From the NCBI RefSeq assembly GCF_009936135.1, contig NZ_CP047901.1, forward strand, positions 475,643-539,642: 64,000 nt of DNA, given 5' to 3'. The notes under the pieces are model-generated. The model did no database searches and was not told where the DNA came from. It saw only the letters and a program-made list of their open reading frames with translations. This stretch comes from Candidatus Chazhemtobacterium aquaticus. Lineage in GTDB: Bacteria > Patescibacteriota > Microgenomatia > UBA1400 > Chazhemtobacteraceae. Below, one piece after another: positions 8,737 through 18,750 of the stretch (the stretch's first letter is position 1; each line of letters starts with the position of its first letter). A program made the position numbers and the translations under genes.

Positions 8737-10456
8737 AAACAAATCTCTCCTTGCCCTGCTTATCCTTACCCTTCTCGGGTTTATTCTCCGCTTTACCAAT
8801 CTTGACCAAAACCCTCCTGCTCTTAACTGGGATGAGGTCAGTCATGGCTACAACGCCTTCTCTATCCTAAAAACCGGTAAGGATGAGTGGGGTGTTGCCT
8901 TCCCCTTAATTTTCCGTGCCTTTGGTGATTACAAACTCCCTTTATACATCTACCTCACTGTTATTCCAGTCGCCCTCTTTGGCCTTAACGCCATTTCAGT
9001 AAGGTTAGTCTCGGTCCTAGCTGGCACCCTGGCTATTCCCGGCATCTACTTGCTTACCCGTCAGCTTTTTCCCAAGGTAGCTTTAAATTTTAAATTCAAA
9101 AAGCGATCTGTTTCTTTGTCATTACCTTTTCTTGCAGCTTTCTTTTTAAGCTTACTTCCTTGGCACCTCTTTATATCCCGCCCTGCTCTTGAAGCCAATC
9201 TAGGCCTGACTCTTTTCCTCTTTGCCGTTTACTTCCTGCTTAAATTCAAAGACAATCCCAAGCATTTACTCATCTCCTCCATCTTTTTCTCTCTCACTCT
9301 TCACACCTACAACACCTACCGAGTCTTGACCCCTCTCTTTCTCTTTCTCTACTTCCTACCTAAAGTTAAACCCTCATCTATCAAGCGTTTCTTAAATAAA
9401 CAACAACCTCGCCTGCTTTGGTTGTCACTAGCCGTATTTTTTCTTTCCTTCTCTCTAGTTATTTCCCAGACTCTTAGTGGCACTGGCACTGCCCGTTACC
9501 AGAAACTAGCTATCCTCAATGACCAGACAGTTTTCCAGATAGGGGAGGCTCGTCAAAACAGCTCTCTGCCGCCAGTGTTGGCTCGACTTCGTCACAACCG
9601 TCCTCTTTTCTTTGTAGAGCAGTTTGCCCACAACTATCTTAACTACTTCACTCCCCAGTTCCTCTATCAATCCAACGGAGCCCAGACCCAGTTCGCTATT
9701 CCTTACAAGAATCTGCTTACCCTTAATCTAACCATCTTGGCTGTATTGGGTTTCTTTGTCGTAATTAAACATATTAAGAACTCTTCCCATCGTCTGGTTT
9801 TACTTCTACTCGCCTTAAGTCCGGCCGCCGCTGCCATTACTGCCAGTCCGCCGCAGGCCCTGCGTCCTACTCCATTAATCATTCCCCTGACCTTGTTAGC
9901 CGCTCTTGGATTCTTTGTAGTAGTCAATCTTTTTTCCTCTCGCAACTGGGCCAAGTCAGCCGTTGCCTTTATTCTGCTTGTCAGTTTCATGTCCTCATCC
10001 TTTAGCTATCTCTCTACCTACTGGAACTCATATCGATTTGAGTACTCCACCTCCTGGCAATATGGTCATCAACAGCTTTTCGAGTATCTTGGGAAAAATC
10101 AGGATCAGTACGACCGCATTTTCATCACCAAGTATCACGGTGAGCCCCACATCTTTTATGCTTTCTTTATGAAGCTTAACCCTCATCTGCTTCAGCCCGG
10201 TGGTGACAGTTTGCGCTTTAAGCAATCAGATTGGTACTGGACTGATCGTATTGGCAAAGTCTATTTCGTCAACGACTGGGACATTCCCTACTTCTCTCCC
10301 GCCCCTGCCATTCCGCTTGAGTCAGGTGATCTTATACCCACCTCCAATGCCTTGCTTATCACCTCAGTTGAGCACTTGCCATCAAACACAGAGATTGTTG
10401 AGTTAATCGAGGACTTATCTGGTAACATCGCCTTTGTAGTTGCCAGATTTAAGTAA
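8726..10456 (+). CDS. GT39/PMT/ArnT-like GT-C membrane glycosyltransferase (paralog 1).
   Basis: Motifs LRFTNLDQNPPALNWDEVSHGYNAFSIL (DE motif in the first loop) and FRAFGDYKLPLY. Multi-TM with a C-terminal soluble domain containing WQYGHQQL...YDRIFI. ATG at 8726 (MKLKNKSL) overlaps the upstream stop by 11 nt. Confidence 0.7.
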   Translation: MKLKNKSLLALLILTLLGFILRFTNLDQNPPALNWDEVSHGYNAFSILKTGKDEWGVAFPLIFRAFGDYKLPLYIYLTVIPVALFGLNAISVRLVSVLAGTLAIPGIYLLTRQLFPKVALNFKFKKRSVSLSLPFLAAFFLSLLPWHLFISRPALEANLGLTLFLFAVYFLLKFKDNPKHLLISSIFFSLTLHTYNTYRVLTPLFLFLYFLPKVKPSSIKRFLNKQQPRLLWLSLAVFFLSFSLVISQTLSGTGTARYQKLAILNDQTVFQIGEARQNSSLPPVLARLRHNRPLFFVEQFAHNYLNYFTPQFLYQSNGAQTQFAIPYKNLLTLNLTILAVLGFFVVIKHIKNSSHRLVLLLLALSPAAAAITASPPQALRPTPLIIPLTLLAALGFFVVVNLFSSRNWAKSAVAFILLVSFMSSSFSYLSTYWNSYRFEYSTSWQYGHQQLFEYLGKNQDQYDRIFITKYHGEPHIFYAFFMKLNPHLLQPGGDSLRFKQSDWYWTDRIGKVYFVNDWDIPYFSPAPAIPLESGDLIPTSNALLITSVEHLPSNTEIVELIEDLSGNIAFVVARFK

Positions 10457-10461
10457 ACAGA

Positions 10462-11238
10462 GTGAATCCGACAATTATTCCAACTCAATTCTCAATACTA
10501 CTTCTTAGTCTCCTAGGATATATTGTTATTACCCATAAATCCTACATCGTTTTTTTATATCTTATTTCCGTTCCTTTCTTCTTTTATTTTCCGCTCCAAC
10601 CGGTAACTTTAGTAATTTCTATAATTTTCGGAATTCTTCTTTTTGAATTGTTTAATAAGCCAAACAAGAAAAACTTTATTCTATCTTCACTCGTACTTTT
10701 TATTGCTTTTTTTCTCCTCCATCAAAACAGTCATCTATATATTCCCACCAGCAACATTATTGATCACCAAAGAGGTGCTCATCCCGATTGGCAATACAGC
10801 TCAATCCCTCGCTTACTGCACAACAAATTTTACTTAGTTTTCCAATACCTAGACATACTTATTAGTAAACTTTCACCTTCACGTCTGTTTGTCTATGGTT
10901 GGTACCCAAATTTGTCTCCATATCTACCATTAGGTTATTTTTTTGCTTCAGATTTAATTTTTCTATATGCATTTCTCAAATCACGACTTGGTCATCCAAA
11001 GTCACCCATCTTATATTTTTTCCTTTCTTTGGTTCTTCTGGGAATAGCTATATTTGAAGGGCAGATCTCTCTTTTCTTCTTATCCTCACTGGTTCTTTTC
11101 ATGGCACTATGCATTTCACACTTTATAGCCGGACTGCCACGCAAATACTCACTTACCACTCTCTCGGTTTATGCATTAACTTTGTTATGGATTAACCCAA
11201 CCATTAACCTATTTTGGAACATTGGTTTTCGTCCTTAG
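10462..11238 (+). CDS. Small polytopic membrane protein (about 7 TM), unknown function.
   Basis: Hydrophobic 258-aa ORF immediately downstream of GT39 paralog 1. Confidence 0.45.
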   Translation: MNPTIIPTQFSILLLSLLGYIVITHKSYIVFLYLISVPFFFYFPLQPVTLVISIIFGILLFELFNKPNKKNFILSSLVLFIAFFLLHQNSHLYIPTSNIIDHQRGAHPDWQYSSIPRLLHNKFYLVFQYLDILISKLSPSRLFVYGWYPNLSPYLPLGYFFASDLIFLYAFLKSRLGHPKSPILYFFLSLVLLGIAIFEGQISLFFLSSLVLFMALCISHFIAGLPRKYSLTTLSVYALTLLWINPTINLFWNIGFRP

Positions 11239-11241
11239 TCT

Positions 11242-12915
11242 ATGAAACTAAACCGCTTATATCTTCTAGCCGCCATTATATTTGTCCTCGCAGTTCTACT
11301 CCGTTTTCTTTATATAGACACTATTCCCAACAACTTAACCATGGATGAAGTAAATAACGGCTACACAGCTTACTCGCTTCTTAAAACAGGTCACGACGAA
11401 TGGGGAAATTTTCTTCCTTTTTCATTTCGTTCGGTCGGTGATTACAAACCTCCAATACTGATTTACCTAACTGTTCCATCTATTGCTCTTTTCGGTCTAA
11501 ACGAATTTTCTGTTCGTTTCCCTGTAGCTCTTGCTTCACTCTTTTCCCTCCTTTTTACCCTTCTCCTTAGTAAGAAATTTTTATTTGCCAAACAACCACT
11601 CTGGTTTCACCTATTCGTATTATTTTTGTTCGCCACATCCCCGTGGCACATCATATTCTCCCGATCCGGATACGAAGCCGTTGTCGCCCTCCTCTTCTTT
11701 CTTATTAACATTCTCCTTCTTTTACAGTTTATTAAGGAAAAAAGACCTATTCTGCTTGCTTTAGCCATCACTTTTGCTTTCCTTTCTGTCTTCACTTATC
11801 ACTCCTACAAAGTCTTTACCCCTCTGATGAATTTGCTGGTCATCTTCGTTTATCGTCAGACATTACTAGAACATTTTAAGCATGTTTTTGGCACCTCCAG
11901 ACTTCATTGCTCTTATTTGGCTGTCCTTGGCCTACTCATCTTCCTCAGCTGGTTTTTGATTACTCAATACCTTACCGGGCCCGGGGCAACCAGAGCTTCA
12001 ATGGTTTTCATATCTTCAGATTATGAATACAAAGTCGCTCTGATTGATAAACTGCTTAAATATGATTTTCACCATTATCAATATCTCTTTTTCCCCCTCT
12101 TTTGGTTTAAACGCTATCTTGACTATTTCTCACCCAATTTCTACCTATATTCAGGGTTAGAATTAACCCAACCCGGACACATAGGGTCAGGCGTTACTGG
12201 TTTTGCTGTATTCAGTCTTTTCGTTACTGGTCTATATGCACTCCTTTTTAATAAAGGTAAGTTGCTTATTAGGCAGCCTATCCGCACGATTCTTTTAGGT
12301 TGGCTCTTTATTGGCTTTCTGCCTGCTTCTCTGGCAAACAATATTCAACAACCTCTCCGTGCCCTAGCCGCCTTGCCAGCAATTCTATTTATTGCAGCTC
12401 TAGGTTTATTGCATTTATTTCAATCTTTAAGAAATCGTTTTCATCTCATAGTCATTGCTGTATTTCTAACTACATTATTTGTCTTTGATTATGTTAGATT
12501 TGCTGATCATTACCTCATTCACTACCCATACGATCTGGCAGAAGGACGTCACTATGGCTGGAAGCAGATTTATCAATATTTGGAACCTATAAAAGACAAC
12601 TACCATCAAATTTACGTCGATCAACGTTATGGCCACACGGGTAGAACAACTTACTCAGTCCCGTACCTCTACTTTCTTTTTTACTCACAATACGATCCCC
12701 TCGTATTTCAGCAAGATCCCCGAAGGAAGCAGCACGATGCCAACTTTGATCAATTCATCTTTGGTGACATAGATTGGCAGTCCCAGGATCTGGGCAAAAA
12801 CAATCTGTTTGTTGCCTCACCCTGGAGTTTTACCATCTACCAAGGGCCCATCTTGCACACCGTTTATTTCCCCGACGGGGTTCCTGCCTTGCATATTATC
12901 GAAGGACCAAAATAA
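11242..12915 (+). CDS. GT39/PMT/ArnT-like GT-C membrane glycosyltransferase (paralog 2).
   Basis: Motifs LRFLYIDTIPNNLTMDEVNNGYTAYSLLKTGHDEWG and FRSVGDYKPPILIYL, clearly paralogous to the 8726 and 13603 genes. Confidence 0.7.
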   Translation: MKLNRLYLLAAIIFVLAVLLRFLYIDTIPNNLTMDEVNNGYTAYSLLKTGHDEWGNFLPFSFRSVGDYKPPILIYLTVPSIALFGLNEFSVRFPVALASLFSLLFTLLLSKKFLFAKQPLWFHLFVLFLFATSPWHIIFSRSGYEAVVALLFFLINILLLLQFIKEKRPILLALAITFAFLSVFTYHSYKVFTPLMNLLVIFVYRQTLLEHFKHVFGTSRLHCSYLAVLGLLIFLSWFLITQYLTGPGATRASMVFISSDYEYKVALIDKLLKYDFHHYQYLFFPLFWFKRYLDYFSPNFYLYSGLELTQPGHIGSGVTGFAVFSLFVTGLYALLFNKGKLLIRQPIRTILLGWLFIGFLPASLANNIQQPLRALAALPAILFIAALGLLHLFQSLRNRFHLIVIAVFLTTLFVFDYVRFADHYLIHYPYDLAEGRHYGWKQIYQYLEPIKDNYHQIYVDQRYGHTGRTTYSVPYLYFLFYSQYDPLVFQQDPRRKQHDANFDQFIFGDIDWQSQDLGKNNLFVASPWSFTIYQGPILHTVYFPDGVPALHIIEGPK

Positions 12916-12920
12916 ACACC

Positions 12921-13601
12921 ATGAAACCAGTCAAGAAAAATAAACCAAACTTATCTGCCCATATCATCTACCTTCTCTTCTTTACGGCTGTCATCATGCT
13001 TCTTCCTCCTTTACTTCATCTACCTTTAGTTCTCTCCTTTCTTCCCTCCTTGTCTATTTCTTCTCATTGGTTTCTCGAGTTAAGTTTTCTTTTTGGCGTT
13101 ACCCTCATTCCTCTGCTTGTTATCTATGTCTTCTCTAAACTCATTTTAGTTATTAAAAAGCCATCTTACTTTATTATTCTCTCTGCTCTGCTTCTGATTC
13201 TTGTCTCGTACTTGAATCTTGATTACTCCTTCATCTTAGTCAATCAAGCTAATGCCACTCGCCTGCTTGTTTTTGGTCTTATCTTTACCCTCTATACCAG
13301 TCTTGTCTTAAGTTATTTCTGGAAGAAAATATTTGTCAAAGGTTATGTTTCTTATGCCCATCTGCTTAAACCCTCTCTCTATCTAGTTGCTTTCCTCTTG
13401 TTTATCGAGTGGTTGATTATGATTACCACTGGTCGCAACCTACTTCTCGATTTATACATTCTCCTGGGCGAATCACTCATAGAGTTAATCAACATCTTCT
13501 ATCTCGATTTCTATGGCTTTGTCGGCATTTTCTTTAGCCTGCTTGCCTCAACCACTGCCCTGATCTCTCTCTTTATCCATTCCCGCTGGCATTTGTCATA
13601 A
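12921..13601 (+). CDS. Small polytopic membrane protein (about 6 TM), unknown function.
   Basis: ATG at 12921 (MKPVKKNK). The 12774 upstream extension overlaps the previous gene and is rejected. Follows GT39 paralog 2. Confidence 0.45.
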   Translation: MKPVKKNKPNLSAHIIYLLFFTAVIMLLPPLLHLPLVLSFLPSLSISSHWFLELSFLFGVTLIPLLVIYVFSKLILVIKKPSYFIILSALLLILVSYLNLDYSFILVNQANATRLLVFGLIFTLYTSLVLSYFWKKIFVKGYVSYAHLLKPSLYLVAFLLFIEWLIMITTGRNLLLDLYILLGESLIELINIFYLDFYGFVGIFFSLLASTTALISLFIHSRWHLS

Positions 13602-13602
13602 T

Positions 13603-15285
13603 ATGGGTATGAAGTTATCTAAAGACTTAATCATAGTCCTTCTTCTAGCCGCCTTGCTTCGTCTTCCTTTCTTAGGCCAATATCCTGCTGGACTTAACGC
13701 TGATGAAGCAGCTCTTGGCTACAATGCCTACTCCCTCATTCAAACTGGTGCTGATGAACACGGTGTCTCCTGGCCCCTGGTTTTCCGCTCCTTTGATGAC
13801 TACAAACCGCCTCTCTATGTATATATTGTTCTTCCCTTTGTCTACCTTTTTGGCTTAACGCCTTTTGTTGTTCGTCTCCCTTCTGCTTTGCTAGGTATTG
13901 CCACCGTCTATCTCACCTATCTCCTGACTCATCAGCTTTTTCCCAAAAAAGAGATTGTCTTAAACAAGAAAAAGTTAAGTTTAAGTTTACTGGCAACTTT
14001 CTTACTTGCCATCAGCCCCTGGCATCTCCACTTTTCTCGCGGTGCTTGGGAAGTCAATGTCGCCCTCTTTTTCCTCACGCTTGGCCTTTACACCTTCTTT
14101 AAAGCTTTAAACTCTCCTCGCTTCTATATCCTCTCCGCCCTTTCCTTTGTCGCCTCCCTATATACCTACCACTCCATTCGCATCATCGCGCCCCTGCTTT
14201 TGTTAGTTTTGGTCATTCTTCACCACAAACAACTACTCACTCAGCTTAAAAACTCTGCCTCTAGAGGTTTCCTGTTGGTCGCCTTTGTCCTCGGTCTGTT
14301 CTTAACCCTTCCTCTAGCTTCTCAAATGCTCTCCCAGGAAGGTCAGTCCCGTTTCTCTGGTGTCTCCATTTTTGCCGACTCCGGTCCTCTCTGGGAAGCT
14401 TTAGAGAAACGCCGTCTAAGTCCCGATCCTGACTCGCTCTTAACCAGACTTCGCTACAACCGTTACTTGAGTTACTCCAAGCGATTTGTAGAAAACTATC
14501 TGTCTCACTATCAACCCGACTTCCTCTTTATCTCCGGTGATGAGATAGCCAGAAGCAAGGTTCCAGGTTTTGGCCAAAGCTTTGTTATATTCGCCCCCTT
14601 CTTCTACCTTGGCCTCGTTGTTTTGTTCTTTAAGCGCACTTCGGCTCATCGCTTTCTTTTTGCCTGGTTGTTACTAGCCCCCTTAGCTGCCGCCCTTACC
14701 TTTCAGTCTCCCCATGCCTTAAGAAGTCAAAACATGGTTATCCCTTTTAGTCTCACTCTTGGTATTGGCATCCTCACCTTTTTTTCCTGGCTTAAGGGCT
14801 TTAAACCCAAGAGCGTCCTTATTATCTTTGTCCTCTTAGGCCTTCTTACCGCCAAACACTTCATCTCTTACATAAACAGCTACTATTTCCACTACCCCAA
14901 AGTCTATCCCTTTGCCTGGCAGTATGGTTTTGACCAACTGGCAGAGTATTTAAGCCCCATTCAGTCTGACTACGACACCATCGTCATCTCTGACCGCTAT
15001 GATCAGCCATATATCCTGCTTGCCTTCTTCCTTAAATACGATCCCAACAGATTGCAGCAAGAGCTAGTCTTTTCTGATCGTGATAACTTTGGTTTTTCTA
15101 CCGGCAGAAGCTTTGGCAATTACAAGTTCCACCGCATCACCGACCAGGACTTTGATTTACCCAACACCTTGATTGTGGTTGCCGATGAACCGGTTCCAGA
15201 TGGCCTTACTCCCATCCACACCCTCTACTATCCCAACCAGCAACCTGTCTTCACCATCTATCAGACCTCTAAATTGGTAGAATAA
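13603..15285 (+). CDS. GT39/PMT/ArnT-like GT-C membrane glycosyltransferase (paralog 3).
   Basis: Motifs LRLPFLGQYPAGLNADEAALGYNAYSLIQTGADEHG and FRSFDDYKPPLYVYI; C-terminal WQYGFDQLAEYLSPIQSDYDTIVI. Confidence 0.7.
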   Translation: MGMKLSKDLIIVLLLAALLRLPFLGQYPAGLNADEAALGYNAYSLIQTGADEHGVSWPLVFRSFDDYKPPLYVYIVLPFVYLFGLTPFVVRLPSALLGIATVYLTYLLTHQLFPKKEIVLNKKKLSLSLLATFLLAISPWHLHFSRGAWEVNVALFFLTLGLYTFFKALNSPRFYILSALSFVASLYTYHSIRIIAPLLLLVLVILHHKQLLTQLKNSASRGFLLVAFVLGLFLTLPLASQMLSQEGQSRFSGVSIFADSGPLWEALEKRRLSPDPDSLLTRLRYNRYLSYSKRFVENYLSHYQPDFLFISGDEIARSKVPGFGQSFVIFAPFFYLGLVVLFFKRTSAHRFLFAWLLLAPLAAALTFQSPHALRSQNMVIPFSLTLGIGILTFFSWLKGFKPKSVLIIFVLLGLLTAKHFISYINSYYFHYPKVYPFAWQYGFDQLAEYLSPIQSDYDTIVISDRYDQPYILLAFFLKYDPNRLQQELVFSDRDNFGFSTGRSFGNYKFHRITDQDFDLPNTLIVVADEPVPDGLTPIHTLYYPNQQPVFTIYQTSKLVE

Positions 15286-15289
15286 AGGT

Positions 15290-16144
15290 ATGCCTAAATC
15301 AGCCACTCTCTCAATCGCTCTGGCAACCTACAATGAACAGGACAATATTGTTGATTGTTTAAAGTCGCTTAAAGGCATTGCCACGGAGGTGATTGTGGTT
15401 GACGGTTCCTCCACCGACCAAACCAGGCAGCTGGCTAAAAAACACAAAGCTAAAGTCTACAAAACCACCAACAAACCCATCTTCCATATCAACAAGAACC
15501 TAGCTATCAAGAAATGTAAAGGTGATTGGATTCTCCAGCTTGATGCTGATGAGCGTCTCACCCCAGAATTAAAGGAAGAGATTGCCCAGGTACTGTCAGG
15601 ATCATATTTTGGCTACACCGACTGGCGTTCAAGTCAAAAATATCAGGCAGACACTCCACCGGTTGCTTACTGGCTTAAGCGTCGCAATTACTTTTTAGGT
15701 CATTACTTCACCAAATCAGGCCAGTATCCTGATCCAGTCATTCGTCTCTTCAGGCGTGGTTTTGCCACTTTACCAGCCAAAAGTGTACATGAACAGATGA
15801 AGGTAAATGGCCCACTTGCCTGGTTAAAATCAGATCTTGATCACTTTGCTACCCCAACATTTTCACGATACATTCAACGCGAAAACAGATATTCCTCACT
15901 TACAGCTCAAGAGCTGAAGGATGGGGGAGTTACCATCAATCCCTTCTCGTTTATTAACTTTATCTTCATAAAACCTCTCTCCACCTTCCTTGCTATCTAT
16001 CTTCGCCACAAGGGTTTTCAAGACGGCTTCTCCGGTTTTGTTTTTGCTCTTTTTTCAGGCCTTCACCATGCCTTAAGCTATATCAAACTCTGGGAGCTAA
16101 AAAGCGGCAAGCGGAATCTTAATTTGCAAACTGATTGGAGCTAA
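15290..16144 (+). CDS. Glycosyltransferase family 2 with C-terminal TM.
   Basis: LSIALATYNEQDNIVDCLKSL...VIVVDGSSTDQT...LQLDADE. Confidence 0.7.
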   Translation: MPKSATLSIALATYNEQDNIVDCLKSLKGIATEVIVVDGSSTDQTRQLAKKHKAKVYKTTNKPIFHINKNLAIKKCKGDWILQLDADERLTPELKEEIAQVLSGSYFGYTDWRSSQKYQADTPPVAYWLKRRNYFLGHYFTKSGQYPDPVIRLFRRGFATLPAKSVHEQMKVNGPLAWLKSDLDHFATPTFSRYIQRENRYSSLTAQELKDGGVTINPFSFINFIFIKPLSTFLAIYLRHKGFQDGFSGFVFALFSGLHHALSYIKLWELKSGKRNLNLQTDWS

Positions 16145-17202
16145 TGTCACCTCTTCGTGTCCATATCCCTACCGACTCCCGCTCCACCGGTCGTGGTATT
16201 GGTTTTTACACCGCTAATCTGATTGATGCTCTAAAAAAGATTAAGGACATCAAGCTTGTTGATACTCAACCTGACCTTATTCACTATCCCTACTTTGATC
16301 TCTTCTATCCAACCCTCAATCCTACTGAAAACATTCCCTCTATAGTCACCATCCATGACGTTACCCCTTTAGTTCTGTCTCGTTTCTACCCCAAAGGCAT
16401 CAAGGGTAGGTTTAATTTGTTTAAACAAAAACAGGCCCTTAAACGCGTCACTGCCGTCATTACCGACTCAAACAACTCCAGGCAGGATATCATCAAGCAC
16501 CTCAGGGTTCCTGAAAACAAGATTCATGTCACCCCTTTAGCTGTTGACCCCTTCTATGCCAAACCAGTCAGTAGTAAGGCTATCAGCGAGGTTAAGGCCA
16601 AGTACTCTCTTCCTGATGTATTTCTTCTTTATGTTGGTGGAGTCAATCCCAACAAAAATCTACCCCGCCTTATAACAGCCGTTACCAAGCTCAATCTGCC
16701 TTTAGTTCTAGTTGGCTCAGAGTTTACTCGGCCCACTCCTCCCATTTCTTCTCTTAAAGCCAAGCTAGGCCTCCAATCAGTTCATCCCGAGTTAAAGGAT
16801 TTACGATTCATTAAACACTCACTTGAAACCAATCCCTTACTTCACGCCCTAGGCTTTGTTTCCAACCAAGATCTCTCAGCCATATATCGTCTGGCTCTAG
16901 CCTACTGTCAGCCCTCACTGTATGAAGGCTTTGGTCTGCCAGTCCTGGAAGCCATGTCTGCCGGTTGTTTGATCGTTGGTAGCAACCAGAGCAGTTTGCC
17001 AGAGATCTATCCCCCCCAAGCCATTACCTTTGACCCAAAAAGCACTCAGTCAATGCTTAATGCTTTAAAAAAAGTTATTGGTCTCAAACCCAAGGACAGA
17101 GAAACTCTCATCAAGCTTGGACTAGAAAGATCTAAAGATTTCTCCTGGGACGCCACCGCCAGACTCACTGCCACTGTCTACTCACTTGCCAAAAATACAT
17201 AA
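16135..17202 (+). CDS. Glycosyltransferase family 4 (GT-B).
   Basis: C-terminal GT4 signature [36 protein letters not shown]7 tract sits at 17011-17017. Confidence 0.75.
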   Translation: MELMSPLRVHIPTDSRSTGRGIGFYTANLIDALKKIKDIKLVDTQPDLIHYPYFDLFYPTLNPTENIPSIVTIHDVTPLVLSRFYPKGIKGRFNLFKQKQALKRVTAVITDSNNSRQDIIKHLRVPENKIHVTPLAVDPFYAKPVSSKAISEVKAKYSLPDVFLLYVGGVNPNKNLPRLITAVTKLNLPLVLVGSEFTRPTPPISSLKAKLGLQSVHPELKDLRFIKHSLETNPLLHALGFVSNQDLSAIYRLALAYCQPSLYEGFGLPVLEAMSAGCLIVGSNQSSLPEIYPPQAITFDPKSTQSMLNALKKVIGLKPKDRETLIKLGLERSKDFSWDATARLTATVYSLAKNT

Positions 17203-17217
17203 AAAAACTCAAACTCC

Positions 17218-18699
17218 CTATCTCACCACCGTCAGCCAACGCCAGAAGAAGGGGATCCGTATCTCCGACAACCAGGTTGATGGTCCCATCGGGCAGGTAA
17301 TACTCTCACAATCAATCGAGAAAGCGGAATAGATGTATTTAGCGTTAAAATACGCTCCCGCTAGGATGACTCCAACAAGCAATACTCTTGATATGTTTTT
17401 AAGCATTTCCCTTGGCCAGATCATGTTGATTAAAGAAGGGGAGACCAGTAGTAGGTAAACAACTCTAAATACGTTCGGATCCGTTGTTGGTCGAAAAGCG
17501 TTATGTAAGAAGTATCTGCCGGACAGTAACAAGCCTACCGCCAAAGCCATATTCACAAACCTTACGTCTTTCAGGAATTTAATTAACCCCAATCCTCCCA
17601 TAATCGCCATTAAAGGAAACATTGGGTAGCGGTACCACGGCAGCATATCCTGCTCGGTTCCCGAGAACACCGCCACCATCAGCCAGTAAATCCAGAACAG
17701 TACGACCCACCCAAGCTCCTTACTCTTCTTGCTCTTAAAGGCAAAAAAGAGAGTGCTAAGCAAAGCAAAAATATACCAGCCGTCAAACATCGGCCAGATA
17801 TCATATCCAGGCGAGCTAAAGATGTAAGCAAGTCCAGTCCAGCCGGCAAATCTTACCCCCTGGATCTCCACGATTGTTTTAAACAATTCCCAGTCAAGCC
17901 AGTAGCCATAAGCTACGAACAAGCCAACTCCAGCCAAGGTTAAAAGCAAGATAATAAGAACATCAGCCCAGCGCTTTTTTCTAGCCGACACAAACATCAT
18001 TAAAGGAGCAATAAAAAAACCAGTTGGCTTCATCAATCCGCCAATCACCGCCATCACTCCCCACACTCCCGCCATCCACTTACTTGGTTTCTTGTCATAT
18101 TTAGGCATCATTGCCAAAGACATCAATGTCATTAAGGCAATTATGTTTTCCGGTACCGACAAACGGGAGCCAAACACCATGATTGGCGACACTCCATAAA
18201 CCAACATTGCCATATATCCAGCCCAAAATCCAAAGAAGTGATAACCCACCCAGAACACCAGTCCAAGCGTTATCAAACTAGCCAACACGCTAGGTATTCT
18301 CGTGTGGGAAGTTGGCAGCACCATCTCCCTATCATCTCCATACAGATGAGCCGCTCCCCCAGCTAGCAGTGAGTAAAGCGGTGGCTCATCCACCCACGGC
18401 TTGTATAGTTTGGCCGGCAAATACACTCCGTTTTTATCTCCTACAATCCCATCAAACACCAGATTTTCATCCGGGTAATCAAGGGTTGACCAAGACACCG
18501 GTTCTCCAGTCTCAATCAAATGTATCCCAGACCAACCATAAAGTAGCTCCTCAGCATGACTCGCACCCGGCACCCGGTCATAATCATGCAGCCTTATTAC
18601 CGCCAAAAACAAGAAAGTTATCACCAAAAGCCAGAACCATCCGCCTTTAAACCACTTAATCATCCCCCTTATTCTCTTTAAATTAAACTCATCAGTCAA
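17218..18699 (-). CDS. ArnT/GT39-related GT-C membrane glycosyltransferase.
   Basis: HDYDRVPGASHAEELLYGWSG (acidic loop motif) and WVDEPPLY. At least 10 TM segments. Confidence 0.55.
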   Translation of the reverse strand: MTDEFNLKRIRGMIKWFKGGWFWLLVITFLFLAVIRLHDYDRVPGASHAEELLYGWSGIHLIETGEPVSWSTLDYPDENLVFDGIVGDKNGVYLPAKLYKPWVDEPPLYSLLAGGAAHLYGDDREMVLPTSHTRIPSVLASLITLGLVFWVGYHFFGFWAGYMAMLVYGVSPIMVFGSRLSVPENIIALMTLMSLAMMPKYDKKPSKWMAGVWGVMAVIGGLMKPTGFFIAPLMMFVSARKKRWADVLIILLLTLAGVGLFVAYGYWLDWELFKTIVEIQGVRFAGWTGLAYIFSSPGYDIWPMFDGWYIFALLSTLFFAFKSKKSKELGWVVLFWIYWLMVAVFSGTEQDMLPWYRYPMFPLMAIMGGLGLIKFLKDVRFVNMALAVGLLLSGRYFLHNAFRPTTDPNVFRVVYLLLVSPSLINMIWPREMLKNISRVLLVGVILAGAYFNAKYIYSAFSIDCESITCPMGPSTWLSEIRIPFFWRWLTVVR

Positions 18700-18750
18700 G
18701 GATCTCTTTATCTTTCCTCAATTGGGAAGATAAATAGTAAAATCACCCCA

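Noticed and set aside
12774-12920. Upstream extension of the 12921 membrane-protein ORF
   Set aside because: It overlaps the 3' end of GT39 paralog 2 in another frame. The ATG at 12921 follows the stop directly and begins with a basic residue then a TM pattern.
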